64,000 bases of DNA from contig CAWGHH010000002.1 in assembly GCA_963822405.1 (NCBI GenBank), forward strand, positions 198,002-262,001, given 5' to 3'. The DNA is from Candidatus Uhrbacteria bacterium. Its GTDB lineage: Bacteria > Patescibacteriota > Patescibacteriia > UBA9934. The notes beneath the pieces were generated by a model that was not told the DNA's origin, searched no databases, and saw only the letters and a list, made by a program, of their open reading frames with translations. The translations under genes were made by a program, and so were the position numbers. Shown here in pieces: positions 17,247 through 27,217 of the stretch (position 1 is the stretch's first letter; every line of letters starts with the position of its first letter).

Positions 17247-17624
17247 ATGTTCAGTATGAAAAAAACTCTTTTAATAATTCTCGGCATTCTAGTCCTCGGC
17301 GTGGTTATAGTTTTGACCTCCGTTATTACTTATCTTGCTGTCACAAAACCATTCGGCATAAAGATTCAAAATATCCCGAGTGCCATCATCAAGTCGCAGA
17401 GTGGTTCGACTAATACCGTTTCTAATAATCCATTACTTACTCCTAAGCAAGCAACTACTTTGCAGAACCTTGGAGTAGACACCGCTTCGCTTCCTACAAG
17501 CATCACGCCTGCGATGGAAGACTGCTTCATTGCGAAACTCGGAGTGAAACGAGCCAATGAAATTAAAGGTGGTTCAACAGTTACCGTGGCCGATTATTTT
17601 AAGGCGAGTAGTTGCGTTAAATAA
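17247..17624 (+). CDS. Hypothetical membrane/secreted protein (125 aa)
   Basis: An N-terminal transmembrane segment LLIILGILVLGVVIVLTSVITYLAV is present. Confidence 0.4.
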   Translation: MFSMKKTLLIILGILVLGVVIVLTSVITYLAVTKPFGIKIQNIPSAIIKSQSGSTNTVSNNPLLTPKQATTLQNLGVDTASLPTSITPAMEDCFIAKLGVKRANEIKGGSTVTVADYFKASSCVK

Positions 17625-17638
17625 CTGCTAGTAGCCGG

Positions 17639-17893
17639 TTATTTCTTCTCCTGAATCGAAATAATTCTCACCGGACAATTTTCGCAGGCACGTTGATTTG
17701 CGGCTAAGTCCATTTCGTCTATTTCGACGGTAGTAAATTTGCCCTTTTCTACGCCACCTTTCAGTCTAGATAGGCCGTCGGTCGGATCTAGTTCCCAGGT
17801 TTGTGGGGCCTCGTACTCGCAGGATCCGCAGCCAATGCAACCGGCGCGTTCATGAGTAATCGTAAAGAATTTCATACTAACTAAAGTCTTCAC
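17639..17893 (-). CDS. Ferredoxin (single Fe-S cluster, CxxCxxC...CP)
   Basis: The motif CIGCGSC...CENCP is present. The gene lies immediately downstream of, and overlaps, the U32 gene on the minus strand. Confidence 0.7.
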   Translation of the reverse strand: MKTLVSMKFFTITHERAGCIGCGSCEYEAPQTWELDPTDGLSRLKGGVEKGKFTTVEIDEMDLAANQRACENCPVRIISIQEKK

Positions 17894-19130
17894 GACTTAT
17901 CAGTTTGTACATCTTGTCATTTGTTCTGACTACGGTGTCGATTGGCAAAGTGATGATCTGCTTGTTAGCGGTTTCGATTGGTTGCTTTTGTTCGTCGCGC
18001 ATTTCGGTCACGGTTGCGCGGACGAGGCCGGTGGTTTTACCGGTGATGATTATTTTTTCGCCTATCTTTAAATCGCTTGCCTCAAGGATTACCTCAGCTA
18101 CTTTAGGCTGGCCGAAATATTTGGTGACTTTGCCAACGAACACGCGTTCCTCTGTCGCCTGGTTGCTACTTGTCTCTGTCCAGAATCCGCCTTTGCGACC
18201 TAAGTAGTAACCACTGCTGAATTTACGATTGTAAACCTCGCCCAGTTTTGCTAACCAACCGGGAAACTTTTCTCTTGAGTAATTTCCGTCTTCGATTGCT
18301 TGCAAGGCTTCTTTGTATGTCGAGATGACCGTGTCGACGTATTCCGGTGGCCGGCCTCGACCTTCAAATTTCAAAACGCTGACTCCAGCATCAACGAGCT
18401 GATCAAGAATGTCGATAGTACACAAATCTGACGGACTCATGACGTAGTTATTGCGCAGCGTCATTTCGATTCCGGTGTCTTTGTCGATAATCTGATATTC
18501 GCGACGGCATTCTTGTCTGCAGGCTCCTCGACAAGCACTAGAGTTTTCATTATGCAAAGACATGAAGCACTGTCCGCTGACCGCAATGCAAAGTGCGCCA
18601 TGGGCAAAGACTTCAAGCTTGATTATTTCACCGCTCGGTCCCTTTAGATTGTTTTCGATGATTTGCTCGTGGATGCGTTTCATCATCGGAATAGAAACTT
18701 CGCGCGCGAGGACGATCACATCAGCGAACTGAGCGAAATATTCAACGGCATCGTAATTTGAAATCGACTGCATGGTTGAAATATGTACGTTCAGTCCGAT
18801 CTTCTTTGCATAAAGAATTGCTGCAATGTCGCTCGCAATAATTGCGTCAATGCCGTTGGCTTTAGCGGCGTCGAGAATCTTCTTCATCAAAATCTGATCG
18901 TGCTCATAGAGAATCGTATTCATCGTCAGATGAGCCTCGATGCCAGCTTCGTGACAAATTTTAGCGATTTCCGCCAGATCGTTCAGGTCAAAGTTCGCCG
19001 CTGCCACCGCTCTCATGTTCAGCTGAGTGACGCCGAAATAGATTGCGTGGGCTCCAGCCGCAATGGCCGCCTGGAGCGATTCGTAGCTACCGGCAGGCGC
19101 CAGGAGCTTAATATGTTTGGTTGAGGTCAT
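17877..19130 (-). CDS. Peptidase U32 family protein (RlhA/TrhP/UbiU-like)
   Basis: The 417-aa protein contains the U32 core with conserved Cys cluster EVFAHGALCIAVSGQCFMSLHNENSSACRGACRQEC. Confidence 0.75.
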   Translation of the reverse strand: MTSTKHIKLLAPAGSYESLQAAIAAGAHAIYFGVTQLNMRAVAAANFDLNDLAEIAKICHEAGIEAHLTMNTILYEHDQILMKKILDAAKANGIDAIIASDIAAILYAKKIGLNVHISTMQSISNYDAVEYFAQFADVIVLAREVSIPMMKRIHEQIIENNLKGPSGEIIKLEVFAHGALCIAVSGQCFMSLHNENSSACRGACRQECRREYQIIDKDTGIEMTLRNNYVMSPSDLCTIDILDQLVDAGVSVLKFEGRGRPPEYVDTVISTYKEALQAIEDGNYSREKFPGWLAKLGEVYNRKFSSGYYLGRKGGFWTETSSNQATEERVFVGKVTKYFGQPKVAEVILEASDLKIGEKIIITGKTTGLVRATVTEMRDEQKQPIETANKQIITLPIDTVVRTNDKMYKLISREDFS

Positions 19131-19195
19131 AATAGGGGACAGCCTACACTTCTTTTGAGATTAAATCCACTTTGCCGTGTTAAAATGCCAGGCAT

Positions 19196-20248
19196 ATGCG
19201 TCCAGCCATGCGGGAATCGTTTGAACACTACGGTGAAATAGCTAAAGACTTTAACAAGAAACGCGAAGACCAGCCAAAAGGATTGGGCGGAGCGCTTGAG
19301 TATGCTTTAGCTAAGGCGGCTGAGAAATTTAGTAATGACGAATCCGCACAGTTTGAAATCTTTGCTATTCAACAGGAAAAACAAAAGATCATGGACGAGC
19401 TAAAAACCAAGTTGCACGAACTTGATAATCCAGAGGCAAAGGCTGAACGCAGAACAGGCGCGAAATTAATTACTGCTATCGGCGATTCATATTCGTTTGG
19501 TGGGGCTGGTGGCGAGCGAATAGCTTTAACTGAAGCCGAACTGCTGACAGACGGCGAATGGGGGACGAAATATGATTTAGATCACAAAACGGTTCCTCGA
19601 AATATTCGCAAAGAATACTTGATTGAAGAGGCAAAGCGAAAACTTCTAGAACTGGCTGATAAACAGATCTTAAAACAGATGATTTCTTCTAGGGATGTAG
19701 ATGAATTTAGAAAGTCCGCATATTCTGGCCTTAAGCGAGAGCGAGCCTCGGGTGTAGAGCAACCAGGACATATAGCTGAAAAGATGGTTCGACTATTCTT
19801 ACGTAAGTTAGCCTTACAACACGATCTTGATTTCGATATCCAAACAGCTGACGTATCGGAGGACGTAGAACGAAAAGTTGATTTTATTATTGTTCGTAAG
19901 TCTCGAGCTCGAGGTGTGGGTGTTGAGGCGAACGAAACGGTTGATCGTTTGGGTGTGCAGTTTACCGTCAATTCAAATCCCGAGGTTCTAGAGAAGAAAC
20001 GTCAACAAATTAAGAAGGCAAAATCACGTTTGCGACCTGAAGATACCATTGAAGACCTGGTATTGGTCCAAATGAATGTGAGTGACGTCACAACCTTGCT
20101 TAAGAAGTGGAAGGATGCGGGGAGACCGCCAGGTGGTCCTGATAAACTTCTTCCAGAGAGCATTAAAGAACAGATTTTCAAGAAAGTACTAGCTGGATTT
20201 TATTCACCGGATGAACTAGAAGCCACTTGGGTTGCGTGTCGGTCATAG
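19196..20248 (+). CDS. Hypothetical protein (350 aa)
   Basis: Long ORF with a charged coiled-coil-like N-terminus. No recognisable family. Confidence 0.45.
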   Translation: MRPAMRESFEHYGEIAKDFNKKREDQPKGLGGALEYALAKAAEKFSNDESAQFEIFAIQQEKQKIMDELKTKLHELDNPEAKAERRTGAKLITAIGDSYSFGGAGGERIALTEAELLTDGEWGTKYDLDHKTVPRNIRKEYLIEEAKRKLLELADKQILKQMISSRDVDEFRKSAYSGLKRERASGVEQPGHIAEKMVRLFLRKLALQHDLDFDIQTADVSEDVERKVDFIIVRKSRARGVGVEANETVDRLGVQFTVNSNPEVLEKKRQQIKKAKSRLRPEDTIEDLVLVQMNVSDVTTLLKKWKDAGRPPGGPDKLLPESIKEQIFKKVLAGFYSPDELEATWVACRS

Positions 20249-20264
20249 CATTGGCTGAGTATCT

Positions 20265-20732
20265 ATGGTAACTATTAGACCTATGAAGACTTTGTACAGC
20301 TTGCTAATTGTTTCGAGTTTTGTCTTATTTGGTGCTGGCTGCGCTCAATCTGGACTCTTGTCGACTAAAATGGATTTGAGTGGAACTGCGCTCACGAAGG
20401 TTTCGATGAATATATTTGATCGAACCGATCTGACCGAGTTAAATCTTTCGAACAATAACTTGACTGACGCCTTACCTTCACAAATCGGCCAGCTAAGGAA
20501 TCTTCGAATTTTGAACGCCAGCAATAATCAAATGACCGGCGTGCCATCTGAAATCGGAAAACTATCAAAGCTCGAGGAATTAGATCTTTCCAATAACCAG
20601 CTTACGGGTTTGCCGAACGAGCTCGGAAATCTGACGAATCTTCGTAAATTAGACCTTCGCGGAAACACAATTTCCCCGCAGGATCTTGAGGGAATCCGTT
20701 CGAAGCTTAAAGATGGAGTAATCATCGAATAA
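20265..20732 (+). CDS. Leucine-rich-repeat lipoprotein
   Basis: Lipobox LFGAGC-AQ is followed by LxxLxLxxNxL repeats (LTELNLSNNNLTDALPSQIGQLRNLRILNASNNQMTGVPSEIGKLSKLEELDLSNNQLTGLP). Confidence 0.7.
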   Translation: MVTIRPMKTLYSLLIVSSFVLFGAGCAQSGLLSTKMDLSGTALTKVSMNIFDRTDLTELNLSNNNLTDALPSQIGQLRNLRILNASNNQMTGVPSEIGKLSKLEELDLSNNQLTGLPNELGNLTNLRKLDLRGNTISPQDLEGIRSKLKDGVIIE

Positions 20733-20752
20733 CTAGTGAATGTCAGAGGAAT

Positions 20753-21763
20753 ATGGAAAATGTTCCAGGTCAATCTTCGAGTTTCATTTTGTACACCACG
20801 CCGAATGGTGGGGTGAAACTTGATGTATTTATTCGGGATGAAACATTGTGGCTGACGCAAAAGATGATGGCTGAGCTATTCGAGACCACACCACAAAACA
20901 TCACCATTCATTTAAAAAATTTGTATTCTGAGGCGGAGATTAGCGAAGTTTCAACTTGTAAGGAATTTTTACAGGTTCGAAAAGAGGGTGATCGGGAAGT
21001 CAGGAGAGAAACCATGTTTTACAATCTTGATGCGATTATCTCGGTTGGTTACCGAGTAAATTCAAGTCAAGCAACGCAGTTTCGTATTTGGGCTACGCAG
21101 GTTTTGCGCGAATATATTGTGAAGGGATTCGCGATGAATGATGAACGCCTTAAGAATCCAAACAATGTATTTGGGAAGGATTATTTTGAGGAACAGTTGG
21201 CGCGTGTCCGAGATATTAGAGCCAGCGAGAGAAGGATGTATCAGAAGATTACGGATATATATTCGCAGTGTAGCGTCGACTATTCGCCGGACACGGATAT
21301 CACTAAACAGTTTTACGCTGTGGTTCAGAATAAATTGCACTTTGCTATCACTGGGCAGACGGCAGCGGAAATTATTCATGGTCGAGCTGACAGCGCGAAG
21401 CCAAATATGGGTTTGACGACCTGGAAAAATGCGCCGCAGGGAAAGATTCGTGAAACTGATGTAGTCGTTGCAAAGAATTATCTCAACGTCACGGAAATGG
21501 ATCATCTTAATCGAATCGTCACTATGTACCTTGACTACGCCGAGCTTCAGGCGCGACGAGGTATGGTGATCCGAATGAATGATTGGATTGAAAAACTAAA
21601 TGCGTTTCTTGAGTTTAACGAACGCGAGATTCTGGCCAATGCTGGAAATATCAGTCATGATGTGGCTGAGGCTTTGGCTTTGGGGGAGTTCGAAAAATAT
21701 CGCGTTCAGCAAGACAGAGATTACATTTCAGATTTCGACGAAGAAATAAAGAAAATATTATGA
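20753..21763 (+). CDS. RhuM family protein
   Basis: YNLDAIISVGYRVNSSQATQFRIWATQVLREYIVKGFAMNDERLKN is the RhuM family signature. The gene overlaps engB by ATGA. Confidence 0.7.
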   Translation: MENVPGQSSSFILYTTPNGGVKLDVFIRDETLWLTQKMMAELFETTPQNITIHLKNLYSEAEISEVSTCKEFLQVRKEGDREVRRETMFYNLDAIISVGYRVNSSQATQFRIWATQVLREYIVKGFAMNDERLKNPNNVFGKDYFEEQLARVRDIRASERRMYQKITDIYSQCSVDYSPDTDITKQFYAVVQNKLHFAITGQTAAEIIHGRADSAKPNMGLTTWKNAPQGKIRETDVVVAKNYLNVTEMDHLNRIVTMYLDYAELQARRGMVIRMNDWIEKLNAFLEFNEREILANAGNISHDVAEALALGEFEKYRVQQDRDYISDFDEEIKKIL

Positions 21764-22356
21764 TTTCTGCCGAGTATTTTTCCAGCACCGTTAAGTTGGA
21801 AGAGCTACCAAAAGACAAGCGGCCGCATATTGCCATGGTTGGTCGGTCAAATGTAGGGAAGTCTTCCATGATCAACCACTTAACAAGTCGGAATAATTTG
21901 GCGCGCACTAGCTCTAAGCCGGGACGAACGCAGACGATTAACCTGTATGAAATCAACAAGAAGTATTTTTTAGTTGATCTTCCTGGTTACGGATACGCCA
22001 AAAAGTCTTTGGAACAACGCGAAGCCTTTGCGCAGATGATTCATGACTATTTGAAGGACACGCCTCAGTTGCGGCTAGCCTTGCTGATTATTGATGCACG
22101 TATTCCTCTGACAGACCTCGACGCTAACACGCTTCAGTGGCTCCAGAATAACAACGTTCCATTTATAATGATTGTGAATAAGATAGACGCGTTAAGTAAG
22201 ATAGATGTGATAAAACTTAACGAAGAACTTGATAGGAAATATCCCGGCGTTCAGAGGGTTGAGCATTCGATACACTCGACTAAAAATAGAAATGAAATTC
22301 TGGCCATTATAGAAAAAGCGGCCAGAACACCGGCCAGGGACATTTCCAGCAGATAG
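21760..22356 (+). CDS. engB: Ribosome biogenesis GTP-binding protein YsxC/EngB
   Basis: HIAMVGRSNVGKSSMIN (G1), DLPGYG (G3) and NKID (G4) are present. Length is 198 aa. Confidence 0.85.
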   Translation: MISAEYFSSTVKLEELPKDKRPHIAMVGRSNVGKSSMINHLTSRNNLARTSSKPGRTQTINLYEINKKYFLVDLPGYGYAKKSLEQREAFAQMIHDYLKDTPQLRLALLIIDARIPLTDLDANTLQWLQNNNVPFIMIVNKIDALSKIDVIKLNEELDRKYPGVQRVEHSIHSTKNRNEILAIIEKAARTPARDISSR

Positions 22357-22393
22357 ATGCTATGATGACGAGTAATACTCGTCATTTTGCTTT

Positions 22394-23677
22394 ATGAAGA
22401 GCCCTGTTTTGCCAGTTGTTGATGACACAATAATCCTCGCGCCAGGAGCCCACGCAATTATTGATGCTTCGCCTATCCCAATGGCGGTGAATGATGACCA
22501 AGAACGCGTCACATATCTTAACCAGGCGTTTATCAAAACGTTCGGCTATACCTTGAAGGACATCCCTACATTAGGTGAATGGTGGCCAAAGGCATATCCC
22601 GAACTGGCATACAGAAAGAAGGTTTCTGAAGATTGGAAGACAGAGTTTGAGCGGGCTAGAAAATCTAAGACCGAATTCGTGCCAATGACAGTGACGGTTA
22701 GATGTAAGAATGGTTCAGATAAAATCATTAAAGTGAGTGCTGCGCCGCTGACGAATTCTTTGACCGGTAATCACTTGGCGGTGTTACTAGATATTACTGA
22801 GCAGGAAGAGATTGAGCAGAAGCTTCAGGACGCTCAGTATCGTTTATCGTCAATTGTGGAATCAGAGCCAGATTGCGTGAAGCAAATAGATTCGGATGGG
22901 ATATTGTTGACTATGAATCAAGCCGGTTTAGCTATGATCGAAGCTGATTCGCTTGAACAAATTAAAGGTAAGTCGTTATATGATTTGATCGTGCCGGAGA
23001 GTTTAGCTAGTTTTAAAGAGTTGAATAGAAAAGTTTTTGCCGGTCAACCAGGGACGCTTGAATTTGAAATAATTGGGTTAAAGGGGACACATCGTATCCT
23101 GGAGACTAAGGCCGTGCCATTACGAGATAGCCACGGAAAGGTTATTAGCAATCTTGAGCTCACGCGTGACATTACTGAGCAAAAGAAAGTAGCGAATGCT
23201 CTAAAAGAAAGCTCTGATAAATATCGAGATTTATTTAATAATGCGCAGGTAGGGATGTTTAGATCTAGAGCTGATGGCAGTGAACTCATAGATGCTAATG
23301 CGAAGTATTTATCTTTGGCAGGAATGACGCGTGAGGAGTGTGTTGGCAAACCATCGGTAAATTTTTGGGTAGACATAAAGCAACGGGATAAACTGCTAGA
23401 AATAGTTAGAGATCGGGGTTACGAGAATGATTACGAGTGGCTCATGCGTACTAAATCTGGAGAAATACGGACTTGTTTAACTTCATTGAAGTTGGATAAA
23501 GAAACTGGGATTCTGGAAGGTTCGATCATAGATATTAGCGATCGAGCGCGATTACAAGAAGAGCTCAAGAAAAAAGTAGATGAATTGGAGAGGATGAACA
23601 AACTAATGCTTGGTCGGGAACTTAAGATGGTGGAGTTAAAGAAAGAAAATAGGATTCTTAAGATAAAAAATTCTTAA
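22394..23677 (+). CDS. Multi-PAS-domain sensor protein without a recognisable output domain
   Basis: Three PAS-like repeats are each followed by ...TRDITEQKK or ...DITEQEE. The C-terminus is coiled-coil. No H-box kinase or GGDEF motif was seen. Confidence 0.6.
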   Translation: MKSPVLPVVDDTIILAPGAHAIIDASPIPMAVNDDQERVTYLNQAFIKTFGYTLKDIPTLGEWWPKAYPELAYRKKVSEDWKTEFERARKSKTEFVPMTVTVRCKNGSDKIIKVSAAPLTNSLTGNHLAVLLDITEQEEIEQKLQDAQYRLSSIVESEPDCVKQIDSDGILLTMNQAGLAMIEADSLEQIKGKSLYDLIVPESLASFKELNRKVFAGQPGTLEFEIIGLKGTHRILETKAVPLRDSHGKVISNLELTRDITEQKKVANALKESSDKYRDLFNNAQVGMFRSRADGSELIDANAKYLSLAGMTREECVGKPSVNFWVDIKQRDKLLEIVRDRGYENDYEWLMRTKSGEIRTCLTSLKLDKETGILEGSIIDISDRARLQEELKKKVDELERMNKLMLGRELKMVELKKENRILKIKNS

Positions 23678-23683
23678 ACCAAT

Positions 23684-26275
23684 ATGAAACCAGCCATGTT
23701 GGTGAAGTCTGCACCGCTTGGTTCCGATTTAATTTTTGCGGCGACTCATGAGCCGGAGAAGATTTTACGGGCGCTCGGCGCACGAGCGGAAGGTTTAACG
23801 CACAATGAGGTCCGTCATCGACTAGTACAGTACGGACATAACGAGATCGCTACTGAGAGCAGGCAAACTTGGTATCACATGTTATTTCAGAACATTAAAG
23901 ATCCATTGGCTATCTTGCTGATGGTTCTTTGCGTTATTTCGGCTTTAACGGGGGACATTAAGGCTACGGTCATGATTGGTTTCATGGTCGTCATGAGTGT
24001 AACTATGCGTTTTGTGCAGGAGATGAAGGCAGATAAAGCGGCCGAGAAGCTGAAAGCAATGGTGAGAACTACTGTTTCGGTTGTTCGCGAGGGGAAGAAA
24101 CACGATATTGCTCTTAGATGTTTGGTGCCTGGCGATATTGTTCACTTGTCTGCTGGTGACATGGTGCCGGCGGATTTGCGGTTGATCGAGTCGCGTGACC
24201 TCTCAGTCGATCAATCGAGTTTGACCGGGGAGGCCATGCCGGTAGACAAGCACGATCCAGCCTTGGACAAGTTTCCCAAGAATCCGCTTGATCTTCCGAA
24301 TATCTGTTTCATGGGCACGAACGTGAACAGCGGAACAGCCACGGCGGTGGTGATTGCCACTGGTTCATACACTCGGTTCGGGGTGTTGGCGCACGATGTA
24401 GCGTCACAGCCGGAAGCGCCGACTAGTTTTGACAAGGGCGTCACTAGTTACACTTGGCTCATGATTAAGTTCATTAGTGTCATGGTGCCGGCGGTATTTT
24501 TGATTAACGGCATTGCCAAGCACGATTGGTTGCAGGCATTTTTATTTGCCATGGCTGTAGCAGTTGGTCTTACGCCGGAGCTGCTACCGGTGATTGTGAC
24601 GGTGAATTTATCGAAGGGCGCGCTCGACATGTCAAAAAAGAAAGTGATCGTGAAGCGTTTGAACGCTATTCAAGACTTTGGCGCGATGGATGTTCTTTGT
24701 ACTGACAAAACTGGAACGCTGACGGAGGGTCGAGTTGTTCTAACTCGGTACATTGACATTGAAGGCAAAGATGACAAGCGGTTACTTGAGTATGCATTTT
24801 TGAATAGCCATTTTCAGACTGGCTTGAAGAATTTGCTCGATGAAGCAGTGCTTGCGCATGAGGGCATCGGACGCGAGAGACTAGAACATCAATATAAAAA
24901 AGTAGACGAGATTCCGTTTGATTTTCAGCGTCGACGAATGTCGGTGGTGGTCGAAGATGGAGAGGGGGAGCACTTGTTGATTTGTAAGGGCGCGGTTGAA
25001 GAGATACTTGCCGAGTGCGACTCGGTAGCGTACGGCGAGCGAACTGAAAAGATCCACAAGGATCACGGTAAGCACGCAGAAGAGATGGTGGCCAAGATGA
25101 GCAGTGAAGGATTCCGTTCGGTCGCCCTTGCTGTTAAGCGTTTGCCAATGACTAAAACAGTTTACGCGTCAGCGGACGAGTCGAAAATGACGCTTGTTGG
25201 TTTCCTCGCTTTCCTTGATCCCGCTAAAGCCTCGGCCAGTAAAGCGATTGCCGAGTTGGCTAAGTACGGGGTCGCAGTTAAAATTCTGACCGGTGATAAT
25301 GAATCGGTGACTCGTAAAATTTGTTCGGACGTTGGCTTCACCATTGTCGGCGCATTAACTGGGAGCGACATTACTGCGATGAATGACGCTGAGCTCGCCA
25401 AGGCCGTTGAGACCGTTGCGGTTTTTAGCAAGCTCGAACCGGCGCATAAGGAGCGAGTTATTCGCGCTATTCAAAAGAATGGCCACGTAGTCGGCTTCTT
25501 AGGGGACGGCATAAACGATGCGCCTGCTCTGAAAGCCGCCGATGTAGGTATCTCGGTGAACAGCGCGGTCGACATCGCTAAAGAGTCGTCTGATATTATT
25601 TTAATCGAACATAGTTTAATGGTGCTCAAAGACGGGGTTGTCGAAGGTCGTCGCGCCTTCGGTAATATCACGAAGTATATAAAGATGACGGCGAGTTCTA
25701 ACTTTGGCAACATGTTTAGCGTGGTTGGCGGCAGCATCTTCCTTCCGTTTTTACCGATGCTTCCACTGCAAATTATTATCAATAATTTATTGTACGATTT
25801 TTCGCAGGCGAGTATTCCAACTGATACTGTCGATGCCGATTATCTCGAGAAACCTCGACCGTGGAATATTGATCGCATTCAGAAATTCATTTTCTGGATT
25901 GGTCCAGTTAGTTCGATTTTTGACTACGCCACTTTCGGCTTAATGTTGTTTGTGTTCAATGCCTGGTCAGATCCCGTTCTCTTTCATACTGGTTGGTTTG
26001 TCGAATCGCTCTTCACGCAGACCCTAATTGTTCACATTATCCGCACAAAGAAAATTCCATTTCTGCAGAGTCGTGCCAGCGCAGCTTTAACTGTTACGAC
26101 GCTGTTAATCATTTCGTTCGGGGCTTGGCTGCCATACTCGCCAATTGCTGATGTGCTCGGGTTTAAGCCGTTACCGGTCTTGTTCTGGGGGTATTTAGCG
26201 GTATTCATTGTTGTTTACTTCGTCCTAGCCCAACTGGTTAAGAACATGTTTATTAAGAAATACGGGTGGGATTAG
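23684..26275 (+). CDS. mgtA: Magnesium-translocating P-type ATPase (MgtA-like)
   Basis: DKTGTLT and GDGINDAP are present. EIPFDFQRRRMSVVV and 10-TM topology fit P-type IIIB MgtA. Length is 863 aa. Confidence 0.7.
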   Translation: MKPAMLVKSAPLGSDLIFAATHEPEKILRALGARAEGLTHNEVRHRLVQYGHNEIATESRQTWYHMLFQNIKDPLAILLMVLCVISALTGDIKATVMIGFMVVMSVTMRFVQEMKADKAAEKLKAMVRTTVSVVREGKKHDIALRCLVPGDIVHLSAGDMVPADLRLIESRDLSVDQSSLTGEAMPVDKHDPALDKFPKNPLDLPNICFMGTNVNSGTATAVVIATGSYTRFGVLAHDVASQPEAPTSFDKGVTSYTWLMIKFISVMVPAVFLINGIAKHDWLQAFLFAMAVAVGLTPELLPVIVTVNLSKGALDMSKKKVIVKRLNAIQDFGAMDVLCTDKTGTLTEGRVVLTRYIDIEGKDDKRLLEYAFLNSHFQTGLKNLLDEAVLAHEGIGRERLEHQYKKVDEIPFDFQRRRMSVVVEDGEGEHLLICKGAVEEILAECDSVAYGERTEKIHKDHGKHAEEMVAKMSSEGFRSVALAVKRLPMTKTVYASADESKMTLVGFLAFLDPAKASASKAIAELAKYGVAVKILTGDNESVTRKICSDVGFTIVGALTGSDITAMNDAELAKAVETVAVFSKLEPAHKERVIRAIQKNGHVVGFLGDGINDAPALKAADVGISVNSAVDIAKESSDIILIEHSLMVLKDGVVEGRRAFGNITKYIKMTASSNFGNMFSVVGGSIFLPFLPMLPLQIIINNLLYDFSQASIPTDTVDADYLEKPRPWNIDRIQKFIFWIGPVSSIFDYATFGLMLFVFNAWSDPVLFHTGWFVESLFTQTLIVHIIRTKKIPFLQSRASAALTVTTLLIISFGAWLPYSPIADVLGFKPLPVLFWGYLAVFIVVYFVLAQLVKNMFIKKYGWD

Positions 26276-26332
26276 GAGTAGGTTAAAATTTGGTATATTT
26301 ATTATTACTAATTCGTGTTATGTTGAAAACCT

Positions 26333-26659
26333 ATGGAAAACATGTTTAAGAAAGGGTTGATCTTGGGCGGTATTTTAGCTGCCGCCGCGGCTGTAGGTTT
26401 TGGCCTAAGTAAAGAGGGAAAAGAGTTAAGTGAAGATTTGCAGAAGGATTTGAAATCAATCGCGAAGCATTTGAAGAAGAGTCTTCACGAGCTAGAGGAC
26501 ATCTCAAAAGAGAAATACGATGCTTTAGTTGAGGCAGTTGTTGATGAATATGTTAAAGAGAAAAAACTAGTTATTGACGCTAGAAATGAGTTGGTGCACG
26601 CCTTACAGTCAAAGTGGCACGAGATGGAGGCTGAATACAAAGCTGATCATAAGAAATAA
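26333..26659 (+). CDS. YtxH-like protein
   Basis: A hydrophobic N-terminus GLILGGILAAAAAVGFGL is followed by a charged coiled-coil. Confidence 0.5.
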   Translation: MENMFKKGLILGGILAAAAAVGFGLSKEGKELSEDLQKDLKSIAKHLKKSLHELEDISKEKYDALVEAVVDEYVKEKKLVIDARNELVHALQSKWHEMEAEYKADHKK

Positions 26660-26662
26660 TAT

Positions 26663-26812
26663 ATGTTGTGGACTATTGCCGTCATTCTAATTATTCTCTG
26701 GTTGCTCGGTGTCGTCACATCGCACGTGCTCGGTGGCTTTATTCACATCCTGCTCGTGATCGCCATCATCGTCATCTTGGTAAGGGTGATTAAGGGAGAG
26801 AAACCGTTCTAA
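26663..26812 (+). CDS. lmo0937-family small membrane protein (49 aa), not in the ORF track
   Basis: ATG 26663 to TAA 26810-26812 encodes MLWTIAVILIILWLLGVVTSHVLGGFIHILLVIAIIVILVRVIKGEKPF. This closely matches the widespread roughly 50-aa lmo0937 family. A terminator follows. Confidence 0.6.
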   Translation: MLWTIAVILIILWLLGVVTSHVLGGFIHILLVIAIIVILVRVIKGEKPF

Positions 26813-26819
26813 TAATAAA

Positions 26820-26846
26820 ACCGACCAGAGAAATCTGGCCGGTTTT
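26820..26846. terminator. Bidirectional Rho-independent terminator between convergent genes
   Basis: The hairpin ccgaccagagaaatctggccgg is followed by tttt. Confidence 0.55.
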
Positions 26847-26859
26847 GATATGCAGCGAA

Positions 26860-27183
26860 TTATTTGTTTGACCGCTTAGTCAGTCGAATGTCTTTTGCGC
26901 CGAGTATAAAGAGTACGAGAACAACTAGTTTAACTATGATGCCACCGTGTGGATCAATGAAGTCACGAGTGAGAGGAGTGATAGTGTTTACGAGGAGATG
27001 GATTAGGACGCTGATTGGTACAGTGAAATATAGCCAGCTGTACTTTGGAATATCGACTCCGATCTTTTTGAACATCTTTGAAAGCCACGGAGCTAACAGG
27101 TAGGCGGCGAGAAAAGAAACAGCGAAGTCAAAGATTGCGTAGCCGTCGATTCGAAACTGCCGAAGATACGTTATAATACCCAT
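26860..27183 (-). CDS. Hypothetical membrane protein (107 aa)
   Basis: Three predicted transmembrane segments. Confidence 0.45.
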   Translation of the reverse strand: MGIITYLRQFRIDGYAIFDFAVSFLAAYLLAPWLSKMFKKIGVDIPKYSWLYFTVPISVLIHLLVNTITPLTRDFIDPHGGIIVKLVVLVLFILGAKDIRLTKRSNK

Positions 27184-27217
27184 ATAGATTAAATCATAAC
27201 ACGTAATCTTTGATTCT

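Noticed and set aside
19131-19195. Divergent promoter between the U32 operon and the 19196 gene (TTGAGA ... TGtTAAAAT)
   Set aside because: Spacing to a -10 hexamer is 20 nt by my count, which is too long. I could not place a convincing sigma-70 promoter.
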